Assembly: GCA_043228905.1 (NCBI GenBank)
Contig: JBHGNT010000010.1
Location: 21,452,001-21,516,000, forward strand
Direction of reading: 5' to 3'
From: Azolla caroliniana
Taxonomy: Eukaryota; Plantae; Polypodiophyta
Length of the DNA: 64,000 bases
In this document: piece by piece, positions 1-16,271 of the stretch
Layout: each line of letters starts with the position of its first letter
Numbering within the stretch: position 1 is the first letter of the stretch
Position numbers and translations under genes: made by a program
Notes under the pieces: model-generated
The model's database searches: none
Told to the model about the DNA's origin: nothing
The model's input: the letters and a program-made list of their open reading frames with translations, nothing else

Positions 1-2311
1 TTATGCATTGTTGGGCTACTCCACAAACTAAGACTTGAGACCTCTAAATGCAGCTTGGTTTGAAACTCACCAACCGATGTTTTTTTCTAGTTTGGATGCA
101 CTCAATAGATCTCTGAACATCCTAGCAACCGCGGACATGACTACTACTTGGGTTGGATGTAGACAACATGGGATTTTGATCGAGCTCCCAATGTAAATGT
201 GTGCTACAAAATGGAGTCGTTTAGTTGCTAAAATTTTGTGCACAATATTGTCATGATCATATGAGATGTCATACATCGCTTGCACAGTTTGAACTACGAC
301 AACCTTGATTTTTGTTAGAAAAATTCATGAAACATGTCTTAGAAAACCTTAGGAAGCTTCAAAAAATAAACTTTACACCTCCTATAGAACTAAAATGTGT
401 ATGACATGCAACTTACAAAAGCTATGAGCTTTTTAATAGGGGGTTCTTCATATTTTTACTTTAAAGGTTGGGACTTTAACTTTCTTCTCTCCCGTAAACC
501 CTAACCTCGTCTTAAGCCTTTAGCTCAAACCTTAAGCATTTGAACTCTACCTTTTGTATTTGAGTGTGAAGAACCAATTTAGGTTTTCATTGTTCATGTG
601 ATTTGAATTTCTGGTTTTGAGCAATTAGTTTTTTGGCAATAAAATTTTCTAATTAGTGGCAAGATTTCCATTAATTTATGATTCTTTACCTCATATTTCC
701 TTGTCTTAATTTTTTGTGCAATTTTGTTGTAGACTATCACAAACATGGCGTATTCCCTAATAAGTACATTGTTGCTAGTTAAGAAATTCAAAGGAGATCT
801 TAAAAGTTAATTATTGTCACATACAAATTATAGAACTCGCAATCTAACCAATCATCCTAGGTTGGAGATATCAAAATTTGATAAACCTTAATGCTTTCAC
901 AATCAATCAAAGTAATCAATGTGGGCTCATACTTGGACGAATCCTCCTATTTCCAAAAGCTCTAATTTGAGATAGCTCATATTCCCATGAGTTCTCTTGT
1001 ATTTGGAAAAAATTATGGGATTCATAACAATAAAATTCTAGCCATTATAGATTCTTTTGAAAAATGGCATTAGTTCTTGAAGTGTTCTACCTATCCTTGG
1101 GGAACTTTTGGTACATTTTGGGATGTCTCACACTATTGACCACCTCAACCATATCATGTTTATAACATTATTTTAAACGAAATGCATTCACATGAATTAA
1201 TGGTCATGCATTGACAGCAAAATTGTTATTATCCATAGCTCAAGGGATAATATTCATTATTAGTTTGTGGTATCATTCTAATGCAACATTAGTCTTCAAC
1301 ATAATCTTGCAACTCTTGTTCTTGTCTCAAATAAAATTCCTTTACTTTATTTTCCATTTCTGATTCAGCATTGTCTTTTGCTTCGACTTTCAATTACTTG
1401 TTTGGATGATTTTGCTTAACATGTCTTATACCATATTTTTCTAGGTCATGCTTCTTACTCAAGAGCCAAGTATTCTCATAAATATTATGAAACTTCCAAT
1501 TGCCATGACAAGTCATTCTTTCGAAATAATGTTTTGTATGCTCTCATTGGCCTTTCTTGACCTCAAGTCTTCCAACATTGCCATGCCATTACGCTAGTTG
1601 AACATTTTCCATAAGTCTCAATGTCGTTCCATTAGTGGTGGATTAACTCACTAAGAGACAAATTATTTGAACAAGCATCATGGGTTCCTACATGACAACG
1701 CACAATTGTGGACCACAAATTATCTCAAGCTACTCAATATTTCCAAAGCATGTGCACATGATGGATTAGTTAGTCGTTTCATAGCATGCAGCTAATTTCC
1801 ACATAAATTTAATCACTGAAAAGTCCAAGTTTAATCAATTATAATTAAAGCAAATTGATTGATGTAGAGGAAAAGAACTCTCATGAGAGAGTATTTATTT
1901 GGGAAATCTTGGACCATCGAAAAAACCTTACATAGGGATGTCTCTGTAATAAGGATGATGACGACGACAACGACAACAATGATGATGATGACCATTCGAT
2001 CGATCTATCTATCTATCTATCTATCTATATCTATCTCTTTCAAAACACAATAGACATTGGATATTGATTCACCCTACTGGCATTTAGTATAGACATTGTG
2101 GGTTAATAGATATGCTCTCATAGGCTGACTCTGCCTCCAAAAGATATTATTTCTCAATCAATATACAGATAACATTTACTTCTATAGTTTCAAATCAAAT
2201 CAATTTACCAATTCATCATTTAAGAATAATTATTAGTACACCAGGAAATTGTACCTAGAGCTGTGTCTTTCAACCAAAAGGATTGTTAATCTGATTCAAT
2301 GAAAAGGAGTG

Positions 2312-2846
2312 TTACTCTGATTCAATCAAAATGAAAAGTGGTTTACCACCCAATTTCTCTCTTCCCTACAAATCAGGGAAAACAATAGAATAGCACATCA
2401 GAAAAAGGGTCAAAAATCTAGATTGAGAAATTGTGAACTTGTAACTGACCTTTAGTTCAGGCAACTCAATCACACATGCAGTGTCTACCACTTCAGCTCC
2501 AGCCCTCTCTAACATGATAATGCATTCCACTAGAATGTAAGTTAAATTTCAACACTCAAAGAGAAGAGGAACAAGTAAAAATAAATCAATATTACCAAGT
2601 AATTTAATGGCAGCACCCAAAGTACCACCAGTTGCAATGAGATCATCGACAATGAGAGCTCGATCACCTGTTTCAACTGCACCCACATGCATCTCTATAC
2701 GGTCTGTTCCATATTCCAGTGTATACTCCTCGGAAATCACTTCACCAGGGAGTTTTTTGGGTTTTCTTAGAGGAACAAACTTAGCACCAATAGCCAATGC
2801 AATAGGTGGTCCAAAAATAAAGCCCCGAGCTTCAACTCCTGTATTT

Positions 2847-2896
<50 letters not shown>

Positions 2897-4365
2897 CTAG
2901 GATGATATACAACAAATAAATGCTCTGAGAAAGATATAATATGGTACCTACTAATGATATGGTCATAATTGCATTGAATCATGCCTTGTTGATGCACTCA
3001 CAACCAGGTGGAACAAGAATGCCAGAAAATGTAATTTACAATATGATGGCCTCACATAAACTCAACAAGCACTATACTTAAAGAAAAAAGGGAATGGCCT
3101 TTGCTGAGCTAGCTCTTGTAACATTCTTCTTGGGTCCCATACGTCATGTTTTTGCCATCCCAATGACATTAAAAAACGAACGTCATCGCTCTTTATGTAG
3201 AGGTGCATTGATATTTGCATGTCACTATATATATACACATTCACAATATCACTTTCTCTTATCTCTCTCTCAAACAGTATTCTACTCTGTAGCTTACAAT
3301 ACAGCAATTTTAGAGACGCAAAGCGCAATGTAATTTCACTTTGCGAAATAGGAAAGCTGCAAGTGGGATGATATATGAGAATTATCATGAGAAATTATTT
3401 CTCAAAAGTTACAACCCCCTTTTTTACCGGGTTCCTACAATCCTCAATCAGAAGACAATACACCCCATCCATTCTTGATCTTGCGTTACGTTGTACTAGT
3501 TAATACCTCATCCATCTAGTGTCAGTTTTTTCAAGTATTCTAGACACAGTTCTCACATTGTTCAAATTCTGAGCTTTCCGGTTAGAAATATTCAACAGAA
3601 ATCCAATTGAAGTAAATAAACTTTCGACATTTTTCACATATATTTGAGGTAAGACGTGGAAACTTTCCTATCACCTAACGTATAAAACAGGGAACCCAGC
3701 ATATAAAGGAAAAAGGTGAATTAGTGAAGAACGAAACCGAGATTATTTTCTCCAGACACCCACTCAGTGAAGATATTTGCCATGTCAACCAGATATACAG
3801 GTAAAGACAGAGCCTAGAAGCTACGAAAAAATAAAACTGGATCTATACATATACGTAGATGTATATGTCTTTGCATTTAATAATGACCATTTCTTTGGAA
3901 AAATTCGCACATGTGTGTGCTTTTTCCACAAAGTAAATGCCTTTAGCGGTATGCATTTGGAAGAAGCTTCTTGTGTCTCTTAAAAGAATTGCCTAAACAG
4001 AAGAGAAAGAAAATACGAAAAATGACGTTAAACAGACATACCTGCGACTACACTTATGTTCTTGTCTTTGAATCTCTCAACGAACAAGTCTATGGTATCC
4101 TGGAAAGCTCGGTGATCCAGTAAAAGAGTAGTTATATCCTGGAACATAATACCTATGCACACAAGAAAGCGAACTTAAGCTGCGAATCAGAGAGTGGAAG
4201 AATTTGGGGATGAACAAAAGACGAGTAAGAGATTGAAGACGCATCTTGATACAAAAAACAGACAAGAAAAGATTGCAGGTTCAGTCTGAGAGCACCTGGT
4301 TTGGGGAAATCCGGAATGACTCTGATGGACTTGGCGATACGGTCAAGGCGAGGATCTGACGCCAT
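2312..4365 (-). CDS. APT: Adenine phosphoribosyltransferase, 5 coding exons (4365-4296, 4152-4042, 2838-2596, 2508-2450, 2365-2312)
   Basis: Motifs [28 protein letters not shown] and LEYGTD, plus the PRPP-binding motif [11 protein letters not shown]. All introns are GT-AG and the joined frame is continuous to TAA. Confidence 0.95.
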
Positions 4366-4486
4366 AGTGAAGGAAGAAGATGGAGTGGGAAGAGAAGAGA
4401 CCTGCAGAAAAGAAGACTTGGTGGAAGAAGAAGACTAAATAAACAGTAACAGTAACAGTAACCGATGTCGTAGTGGAAAAGCATTA

Positions 4487-4581
4487 CGAATGGAAGGATT
4501 CACACAAACACACGAATGGAAGGATTCACACACACACAAACACACGAATAAGAGGATTCACACACACACACGAATGGAAGC
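4487..4581. repeat. Short tandem repeat (~26-30 bp unit CGAATGGAAGGATT(CA)n, ~3.5 copies) upstream of the APT start codon
   Basis: Read directly from the sequence. Confidence 0.8.
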
Positions 4582-4602
4582 AATACCCGAGGCGCGGGTG
4601 CC

Positions 4603-4656
4603 GGGTTAGGGTTAGGGTTAGGGTTAGGGTTAGGGTTAGGGTTAGGGTTAGGGTTA
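4603..4656 (+). repeat. (GGGTTA)9 telomere-like repeat (TTAGGG type)
   Basis: Nine perfect hexamers followed by degenerate GGTTA GGTT. Confidence 0.95.
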
Positions 4657-6432
4657 GGTTAGGTTTCCTTTTATTTCCCCAAATAATGCCTACGTTCCTT
4701 CATTCTATAGTTAAACTATACCAATGACTTCACAAAATGAGCCCACACATTAGTATGTATAGTCAATCCATCACAAGACTAATGTGAATGTGAATAGTCT
4801 GCATGGGCGAGGCATGTGTTTCAAAATTAGGCACATGGAATAATCTGCATTCAAGGCTAAACATTGTGCTCATATCCTCGCATTTCCAGAATTATTAAGT
4901 TCATACACATGAATCCATGATTAAAAAAACTCATATATTTATTATTTGGCAGAATTACTTTGGATGGGCACGTCCACTATAGGACAAGCCAGCTAATAAA
5001 CAATTACCATCATGATAAAGAGTAATTCACTATGATTACTGATGTAATCCACGTATTAATGCCAACATAACTAGCACTAAGATGTATAAATACTACAAAG
5101 CACTGGAATATATGACACGAATCACGATTATGTGAATTTGGAAACATATATATAGTATTTGTCCAAGGGACATAAGCTCGTCATATTTCTAGATAGGTAT
5201 AGGAGTACAATATCTCACCAAGTAGGCCATTATTGTACTCCTGCAAAAACAAGGGGTAAGACTCACAATACTATAAAAGATCAACCTTCCACCACACGAG
5301 AGAGAAGGCCTGTAAGGAGGATTTTAAAGGATATCGATATACAAGATCAACCTTCTACCATGTGAGAGATGGCCTAGAAAGGATACATTTGATGAAACTA
5401 TTGTCAATGGTTCTGAGATCGCCAAACTGCTAACTAAAATGCAACCATTCATGTAGAGTCATTTTAAAATTCTAAAGTTAACTATTACATTATTTGTTTG
5501 ATGCATGGGTCATATTTGTAGTAATTTTCAATATTCAGATTCAAGCCCCGAAGGTAGTGAGGAAGCATAAGAAGAGTGCAAGTAAAAATGGAATATTACT
5601 TCCTTGCTAGTTGTCACTATCAGCTCAATTGAAGCTGTGGCCAAAGCAGTTGCACTATCAGTGTCTGCACTAGTATGTTACATTAACGCCTTCAAAAGGC
5701 CAATTTGAACAATGGGAATTGCTCTCAAAATGGAAACCTGTTGAAACACAAATTATTAACCTCAATGTTTTGACAGTTTTCCAACATGTGTACGAAGGAC
5801 TATACCTATACCGTAAAGTGGTTTCATTTCAATTGTAACTACCATTCCTATCTTTAACAAGAAGATAGATCTACCTCAGTACTTCAAAAAGAAATGAGAA
5901 AAATATTTTTTAAAACAACACTTCGGAGTTTATAACATATGTTGAACAAATCAAAATTTGAATGAGTAATACCCAACTAAAGTTTGATAATAATAATAAA
6001 ACCATTAAAAGACTGAAGAGAAATTAAATCATAACCCAGATAGGCCTCCTCAATCCCTGAGTTAAGAAACTAGAATATATCAAAATCTTTCACATAGTTT
6101 ATACATAGGCATTTCAAATAAAAATAACCAATAACCCTTTCATTTCCAAAACTACATACAGCGATCAAAAACATTTGGAATCATTACATCCACATCCCTC
6201 AATTGATTAAGTATACGATCCATCTGATGTAACCTTATATTTCCCATAAACATATCAATAAAATCTCAAGGAATATTGACTAAAGCGATCAAAATTTGTA
6301 ATGACTGAAACAGGATTTCTTTCTTGTCAAATGACAAGGACAAAGATGAGACATACACTGGCACAGCCCACCTAACAACGAGATATACCTAGAAAACATC
6401 TAATCAAAATGAAGCAAAAAGAACTTTCAATC

Positions 6433-8020
6433 TCAAATTCTCCCAACAGTCCAGACCCTGATGGCACCATCTGTGTAACCAGAGAACAAGGTGCTTCCAT
6501 CCGCGCTCCAATTTAAACTCACACAGTATGGCTCCTGAAAGAAACAAATTTAAGAGAAGTTCTTAAAAGTAGACAATGGACTGCAGACCATATACATTCT
6601 CCGTTCAAACAACACTCATACAAAAACATGAAATCAACTTCTCATTTTGTGATAAAACAAATACATCCAATTCGGATATGACAGCTTTATAAATAGAATT
6701 TGAACATATTTTTGTACATCATTTCACTACAATATATATTTTCCATGAGTACCATGCTTAATATATAATTTATTATATTTCCACTCTTTGAGCCAAGATA
6801 ATAGTTCTTACACAATGATAATAAGGTTATATGCACAGATTTAAACCGCATTATTTTCTATAATCACTCCACACTTCTCATGAATATTTATAGCAGAAGC
6901 TTTTATATTCAATATTACTAAATTTCGGAAAAAATATATAATTTAATGTATATTTAAGGATAAAAACAAAGTAGTTTATCATGCCATTGTTTAATTACTT
7001 CAATCTATTAAGAAGAAATGCATGCAAAGGAAATAAAGCTACTTCTCCTTAAATCTATGACGAAAGGCATGCACTGGAAATAAGGCTTGTTTTCATATTT
7101 GACTTCCTGATTTGAGAGGTTGAAATATTAAAAAACAGACACAATAGATCTATCTATGAAGAGATATAATTTACCAGTGAACGCTTGCCAACACTCGTGA
7201 ACTCCGGTTTCAATTCTTCAACCACAGTCTTGCTCTCCAAGTCCCATATCTTGATACAAGACTGCGTGGCAGCACACAACCAATACCTGTTAGGACTGAA
7301 GCAAAGAGAGTGAATGATATCCCCGGCATCGAGAGAATACAGCCGTTTCCCTTCAGAAAGGTCCCACAACATAGCTACTCCATCTTTTCCCCCGCTCGCA
7401 CACAGCGATCCATCAGGAGATACAGTAACACTGTTAACATAGCCAGTATGCCCTATAAGGTTTGTCCTCAATTTACAGTTCGTAAGGTTCCACACCTTCA
7501 CAGATTTGTCCCAGGAACCGGAAACAATGATAGGATTCGCAGTAACAGGTGAGAATTTAACACATGATACCCAGCCGGTGTGTGCATCTCCGTCCTGGAT
7601 AGTATATTTGCATTCTCCGAGAGTGTTCCAAAGCTTGATGGATCGATCCCTTGAGGCGGAAACGATCTGACGATTGTCTGCAGAGAAGGCAACGCTCAGA
7701 ACGTCTTTAGAGTGTCCAGTGAAGCGGCGGGTCGTGGCACCGGAGTTGAGATCCCACAGACGAAGCTCTCCATCCCAGCTGCCTGAAAGAGCAAACTGCC
7801 CATCGGAAGAGATGGCAACATCTTGTACGAAGTGGCCATGACCTGTGAGACGTTTCTTCGTATAGCCATAGCTTTCGTCACGGGTGAGGGACCAGACAAC
7901 AAGAGACTTGTCTCGAGAAGCAGAGACGATCATGTCCGAGTCGATGATGGGGCAGGCGATGGAGGTGACCCAGTCGCTGTGGCCGTTGAGAGTGGCTCGA
8001 AGGGTTAGAGTTTCCGCCAT
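6433..8020 (-). CDS. RACK1: Receptor for activated C kinase 1 (7-blade WD40, ribosome-associated), 2 exons (8020-7175, 6534-6433)
   Basis: [54 protein letters not shown]. The last exon reads [26 protein letters not shown]. Single GT-AG intron. Confidence 0.97.
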
Positions 8021-8120
8021 GGCTTTCCGATCTGTCTGCAGAGAAGGCGACAGAGAACGAACAGAAGAGGAAGGAAGGAAGGAAGGAAGGAAGGAAGGAA
8101 AGAGCAAATACGTTTTTCCA

Positions 8121-8129
8121 AAACCCTAA
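8121..8129. promoter_or_regulatory. Telo-box AAACCCTAA upstream of RACK1
   Basis: Exact motif ~100 bp upstream of the ATG. Telo-boxes are characteristic of plant translation-machinery gene promoters. Confidence 0.55.
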
Positions 8130-9227
8130 TTCATACCTGCGGTTTCACACTTGTCCACAGATCCTTCCTCTTCGGGGACGCATGAATTTGCTCCTTACAT
8201 TTTTTTTTTCTCTCTTCGTTTTCGATATTTACGATCATACCCCTCTCTCTCTTCGTTTTCTATATTTACGATCATACCCCTCTGCTTCTTTTTTTTACAT
8301 TGAATCAAATACGATTTGCTCAAATGCATGGCACTCGGTTTTTGTTTTGATTACCTCCTTGATAATTTGAATGAGTTAAATGAGTTTTCATTCGTTTGCA
8401 ATGAACATGTTGATAAATAAAGTGGCATTTTTTTTTTTCTAAATGATAATCCGTTGGATGACTGATCAACAGACCAATGTAATAACCAATGAAACAAACT
8501 AATTAGTAATTACCATAGTCGACCCACTCTAAACAACAGACTCTGATATGCTATCGGGGCAGGCCGCAACACATTACAATGAAAGCGCAACTATAGTAAT
8601 GCATGACAAAACATGGGGATTATATTTGGGAATTTAGAAAGAAAGAGCAAGGGGAGTTAACTTTGGCAAGAGTGTTATGTTCATTGTTCACCATTCGAAG
8701 ACCCCAATTCCATTGAGGCGAGAGATACGTTAATCGGACGGAACGGACACAAGGCATCCCCAATTCATGAGTAGTAGTGCCTCCTCACCATTCTAGGGGC
8801 ACCATGGGTGGGGTCAGCCATTTCCTACTAATCTCTATCTCTATACAAATATAGTCTTTATTTAGCTTGATATGCTAGTTAGTTCTACACATAAGCTGTG
8901 TATATTCCATCTAACATAAGAGTTGCCTCCTTGTAAAGGAAGGTATCGGAAATCTTATCTAGGAGAAATCTTCCCCCCCTGCAACAATCAAGCTGCCAAG
9001 AATGAAGAAGTACATGTCATTTATGTATGAATGGATAGATTGATTGATAATCGAATGCATAATGAAGAAGTAAAGTATGTCAAAAAAGCTTCCATGCATC
9101 ATCATCATCATCATCCATGTATGTATGTGTGTGGGTATAAATAGATAGAAAGACAGGTGTAGCATGCATAATGAATAAGTATGTCATGTATAGGTAGATA
9201 GATAGATAAATAGAGATAGATGGATGG

Positions 9228-9715
9228 ATGGATTCTTCTTCATCAACCAGATCGATGAATGAATGTAGGGATGAGAAGGAGAAGATGTTTACACCTCCAC
9301 TGGTGAAGGCCATCTCAGGTTCTTTAGGAGGTGCAGCAGAGGCATGCTGTATGCAACCTATGGACTCCATCAAGACTCGCATACAGCTAGATAGCAGGGG
9401 CCAATACAAAAGCATTATGGGTTGTGCCAAGTCTATGATAAGACACGAAGGAACAAGATCTCTGTGGAAAGGCCTTACTCCTTACTCCACTCATTTGGTC
9501 CTCAAGCACACCCTTAGGATGGGCACCAATGCCTTCCTCCAATCACTCTTCAGAGACCCTCTCACTGGCAACCTCCGGACTGCCCACAAAATCATATCAG
9601 GCTTCGGCGCAGGTGTTCTCGAAGCTCTTCTCATTGTCACTCCGTGCGAGGTCTCTCTCGATTGGCCTCATCATGGATGATAAAATCTCTATTCTAATTT
9701 CTATTCTCTCTATCC

Positions 9716-9762
<47 letters not shown>

Positions 9763-10370
9763 ATATGAAATTGTTGTTGCATCTTTTGAAAACATCTAAA
9801 TGAGTTTGCTATTTCGGAAAAGAGCAGGTTGTGAAGATCAGGCTTCAGCAACAAAGAGGATCATCTTCTCAATGCTTAGTCTACTACAAAGGGCCATTTC
9901 ATTGTGCTTCCAGAATAGTTTATGAGGAAGGTGTAATGGGGCTTTGGGCAGGGGCAACCCCTACTATGATGAGGAATGGTATAAATCAAGCCATGATGTT
10001 CACATCAAAGAGCTCTTTTGATGCTTTGCTTTGGGGAAAGCTTGATGGTGATGAGGCTTTCACACTTCAGCCATGGCAATCCATGGTCTCTGGATTCTTT
10101 GCTGGATTTATTGGCCCTATTTTTACTGGCCCCTTTGATGTTGTCAAAACAAGACTAATGGCACAAAGGAGAGATCATTGTCCATGTTACAAAGGCATGT
10201 GTGATGCACTACTAGGTATTTACAAGGTCGAAGGCTTAAGGGCCTTGTGGAAAGGGCTTCTTCCTAGGGTATTGAAGATACCTCCGGGTCAAGCCATCAT
10301 GTGGACCGTGGCTGATCAAGTTGTTGGCTTGTATGAAAGTAAGCTTAGGATGAGAAGTAAAGTATCTTGA
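9228..10370 (+). CDS. SFC1: Mitochondrial succinate/fumarate carrier, 2 exons (9228-9650, 9828-10370)
   Basis: Three carrier signature motifs (PMDSIKTRIQ, PCEVVKIRLQ, PFDVVKTRLM) and SFC-like segments SGSLGG.AEACC, LQPWQSM.SGF and IPPGQAIMW.VADQV. The exact start Met is uncertain. Confidence 0.9.
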
Positions 10371-11808
10371 CTTGTGTGACCTTCCCAGTATCCTCCATAA
10401 TGCCAATCTATAGGCCGGATTTTAGAATTTAGGGCTTACCAAGTTTGTCATGATCAAAGTAGATCTCTTGGATATCCCTACTTAGATCTCAGTTTATTCA
10501 CCACTGCTGCATGATTTGTACATATTTTGGCATGCCTTATTGGCAAGGAGTTTATCATGTATTGGCGAAACCTCGTTTCTAAGCAAAGAGGGAATTTGTA
10601 CAAAAGTTGTTTATGAATTACAATAAAACTTGTTTCCATATTATTGAAATGAACTAAAGTATGAACAGTTGGTTGTTTGTTTTATATATGACATGATTTT
10701 GTGAGCACTTAACATATGGTGGTACTAGTATAAATTTCTCTCAAAGTATGTTTTTATTGAAAATTAAAAACAAAATGCACTCCAATTCAGTGCTTTGTGA
10801 ATGTCAATTGTTACAATCAAACTAATGTGACTTGAGGCTGTATTGATCTGTGTGCCTAGCATCCATTATTATAATTTATAACCAATCGACCTTAAATATT
10901 GTGTATTCTGGGCATGATAATAAAGTTTAGTCGATCAATTACTATTACCTAGCAAATCATTTGTCTTCCCCCATACCAAAAAATTCTAGTATTTCCTCTT
11001 ATGAACCATAATCAAGCACAAAAGGTGGCCCTACCTTTTTTTGGGATCAACTTGTGTGAATGTACTTCAACTTTCTAGTTAAACTTATGTGAAGGTACTC
11101 TACACACTCTATGTGAGCTTGCAAGTGTACTAAACACTCTTAACTAACTTGTAAAACTACTTCAACGCTAGCTAAACTTAGCATGATATTTTAGTGACAA
11201 AAATTTACACTCTTCACTAAATTTGAGACCTCCCTCAAACTTGAGCATCCATTTTTGCGTTTCAAATAGAGCCTTTCTCTGGTTTTAAGTAGGATCAACC
11301 TCATCTTTGCAATGCACATAACCTTCTACCTTTGTAGGTCTCACTTTCACATATTTCTCATGCATTCTCTATTGGTCAATGTGGCATTATTCCCTTCTAC
11401 ATTTGATTTGATCAAAATTGCAAGTTATAATTCTCTTCAAGTAAGTTTCTAACCATAATTCACGCATTCATTATTCATTCCATGATTTGGATGTGCATTT
11501 GACGCTCATCATCAATTGAGCAACAATTTCCATTCCATGCAAGTTCAAAGAGGGCAAAGACTAATATGATTAGCTGCCCAGCTATGAAATGAGGGCACAT
11601 TTGCTTGCTTACTCTCTAACTAAACTTGCATACATAGGTCATATATAGAGTAAAGGAGAGATACAAAATTTTATTTCTGGCAACTGCCTCGACACATTTG
11701 CTTGCCTTAGCATAAAAAAGGTGCATATACAATCTTTGCTTCCTTCAGTATAGTAGACAAAACCTCTCCTCTTAAGTTAAGATCAAATTTGAACAATCAC
11801 TGGTCCAT

Positions 11809-13614
<1,806 letters not shown>

Positions 13615-14120
13615 TGCTTTAAATCAGATGAACACCTAGGATCACATCAATGTGTCTTAATGTGTTCAAATATGAGACAAGCCACAACAATTTTACAAAG
13701 ACGATAAGAGGCATATAGGTCAGAATAATCTAGCAATTAATCTATATGATTCCATATAGATCCTCATTCAAACATTTGAACTCTCCTGGATCGTGAAACA
13801 CCATCCAATATGTAAAACGCCCTTAAAAGACGTCTTACCTAGCATGCATTTGCACATGATCAGCTGTATGGTAGTGTGACTTGATAACAAGCAGCCACGA
13901 AATATTTGTTAAGGGACAGACGATTTGGTAGCACCATCAAATATGCAAAAGGAGTATGACAAACCAATTACCTCCGATGTGTGCATATAAATAGATTATT
14001 GATGGTATAACAATACAGGGCACACATTTGCACGTGAAACAATGGATAAAATCCATGACTTTCTGTATCGGTCTCATAAAACCATGCAAGCATGTGAATG
14101 CTCAAAATTCATTGACCATT

Positions 14121-14161
<41 letters not shown>

Positions 14162-14499
14162 AAGTAAGGACATTAAGTGAAGGAAAGATGATTTAACGAA
14201 GAGAAAATGGGAGAGCATAAGATGAATGGACGAAGAGAACAGGGTAGAACGTGGAAAAGAATGGTGATGAAAACGGAGATTGATGAGAAGAAGAAGAAAA
14301 TATTTACCCGAGAGGTTTCAACGAGAGATTTATGGTGGCGATGGCGAGGTTATAAGTGGTGAGTTTTGTTTTTGAAGAAGAAGAAGAAGAAGAAGAAGAA
14401 GAAGAGGGGAAGGTGAGCTGCTGGTTCAAAAGACAAAGGAGGTGGTGATCTTCTCTTTATTTTAATTCTTTTCTTTTCTTTGCACCACATTATTTTTGC

Positions 14500-14950
14500 T
14501 GCACACACACACACATAAGATCGAGGGCGTATGTGTATGTGTATATGTATGTGTATGTGTATGTGTGTGTATGTGTATGTGTACGTGTATGAGTGTATGA
14601 GTGTATGTGGATGTGGGATGTGGGATGTGGGATGTGCATGTTGATGGACATCTGTATGTACATGAGCACATTCATGTGCATGTGGATGCATTTGAGTGAG
14701 TGAGTGAGTGAGTGTAGATGTGCATGTGGATGTGGATGGACATTTGTATGTACATGAGCGCACGGCCATGCTCGTGTAGATGCATTTGAGTGTGTCTATG
14801 TGTGTGTGGATGTGGATGTGGATGTTGATGAACATTCATATGTATATGTGTACATTCATGTGCATGTGGATGCATTTCAGTGTCGTTTGGTCTGTGTACA
14901 TGTATGGAAATGTGAATGGGGTGTGTGTGTGTGTGTGTTTGTGCGCGCAT
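14500..14950. repeat. Compound microsatellite/minisatellite (TG, TATGTG, GATGTG) upstream of actin
   Basis: Low-complexity tract with recurring TGTATGTACATGAGC and TGCATGTGGATGCATTT blocks. Confidence 0.8.
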
Positions 14951-16271
14951 CAAACCTTTTCCCTATTTCCTCGACATACTCAAAACAGACCCTATTTCCT
15001 CTACATATGTACTTAAAACAGAAATTTTCTAGAGAATTGATATCACAATAGTTTGAAGGTGATTTTTTAGTATTGCAAGCATATATGGATGAAGGCTTTA
15101 ATGCTATAGTATAAACTTTTGAGCTACGAGGAGATCTCCTTCATTGGATACACAACATTTTTGACATGCAGCATTTACGTCGATGACAAGATCCACAGTC
15201 AAAAGATCTTGCACAAATCCTCATGGTCATACACATACATAAATCCATTTTTAAGGCAATGACACAACAAGTTCAGAGCATCAAAGTGCCAATGCAACTG
15301 CCATGGCATGGCGTGCAAAATCTAAGCCAATATTCTATCATCAAAATGTTTGTTTATGCTAGTACTTAAGACTTCAATTCAATTCATTTATGTTACTCGT
15401 TGGGTGTTGTGAAAATATCACAATGAAACCTTGGTCCTAGTCAATAGTAAACAAAAATTTCTTCCCCATGGGCCATTACCAACATTGATAATCCCAACCT
15501 TAAAGAGTTCCAAACACCAATAAAATAACAAGCCCAAAAGAGCATGTAACCACTACCATAATGACTTTGAAAAACCGCTTGAATCATTTTACAAACCACA
15601 TACCAATTACTAATTAACCAAATGAATCATTGAGTGCATTGTTTTGGGATTTCTTCAACAAAGTTAAAGGAATTGTGAGCTTACATGTTACAACATGATT
15701 ACAAACATTACGTTAGATTACTTGTACCCGATTCGCTTTTTGAGAGACAAAAGAGAGCACTTAGATTATATGTGTTGCATATACCACGCGTAACCATATT
15801 GTTTTTTACATTTTTTTATTTTCCTCAAATTTGTGGTGTTTAGTCCATTGGACTTCAAACGAGAAGTAAAGAGGACAAGGCACAAGATATATGGGTGTTT
15901 GCTCAAGATAAGGCCAAGTGCTAAGAGAAATCATGTCATGTTCTTTACTTTTAACATCCATATACGGTTTAATATTTCCAACCTAGAATATGGGTCATGA
16001 GTCAAACATAGATAAGAGAGATGGTCATATCATAATTTGCGGATAACTGCCACTAATGGACAATGAGCTTATAATGTGAAAGGAGCCCATTATGGTTTCT
16101 TGCTTGTAAAAAAGGGAAAGAATTCTAATGTAAAAAATGTCTTTGGGTATGCTGCTTTGGGTTACCTTTTGGTCCTCGTTCTTTCCCTCTCAATCCAATA
16201 AGAGCCACTTTCCTCCAAGTAGCTTTTCTACATTAATTAGTCATAATTATACAACTATAACTAATATATGT

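Noticed and set aside
9080-9430. Antisense ORFs over SFC1 (also over RACK1, actin, BT1, LINE and Copia)
   Set aside because: Shadow frames of real coding sequence.
14350-15051. His/Thr-rich ORFs upstream of actin (and similar ORFs at 4473, 36887 and 41709)
   Set aside because: These are translations of microsatellites.
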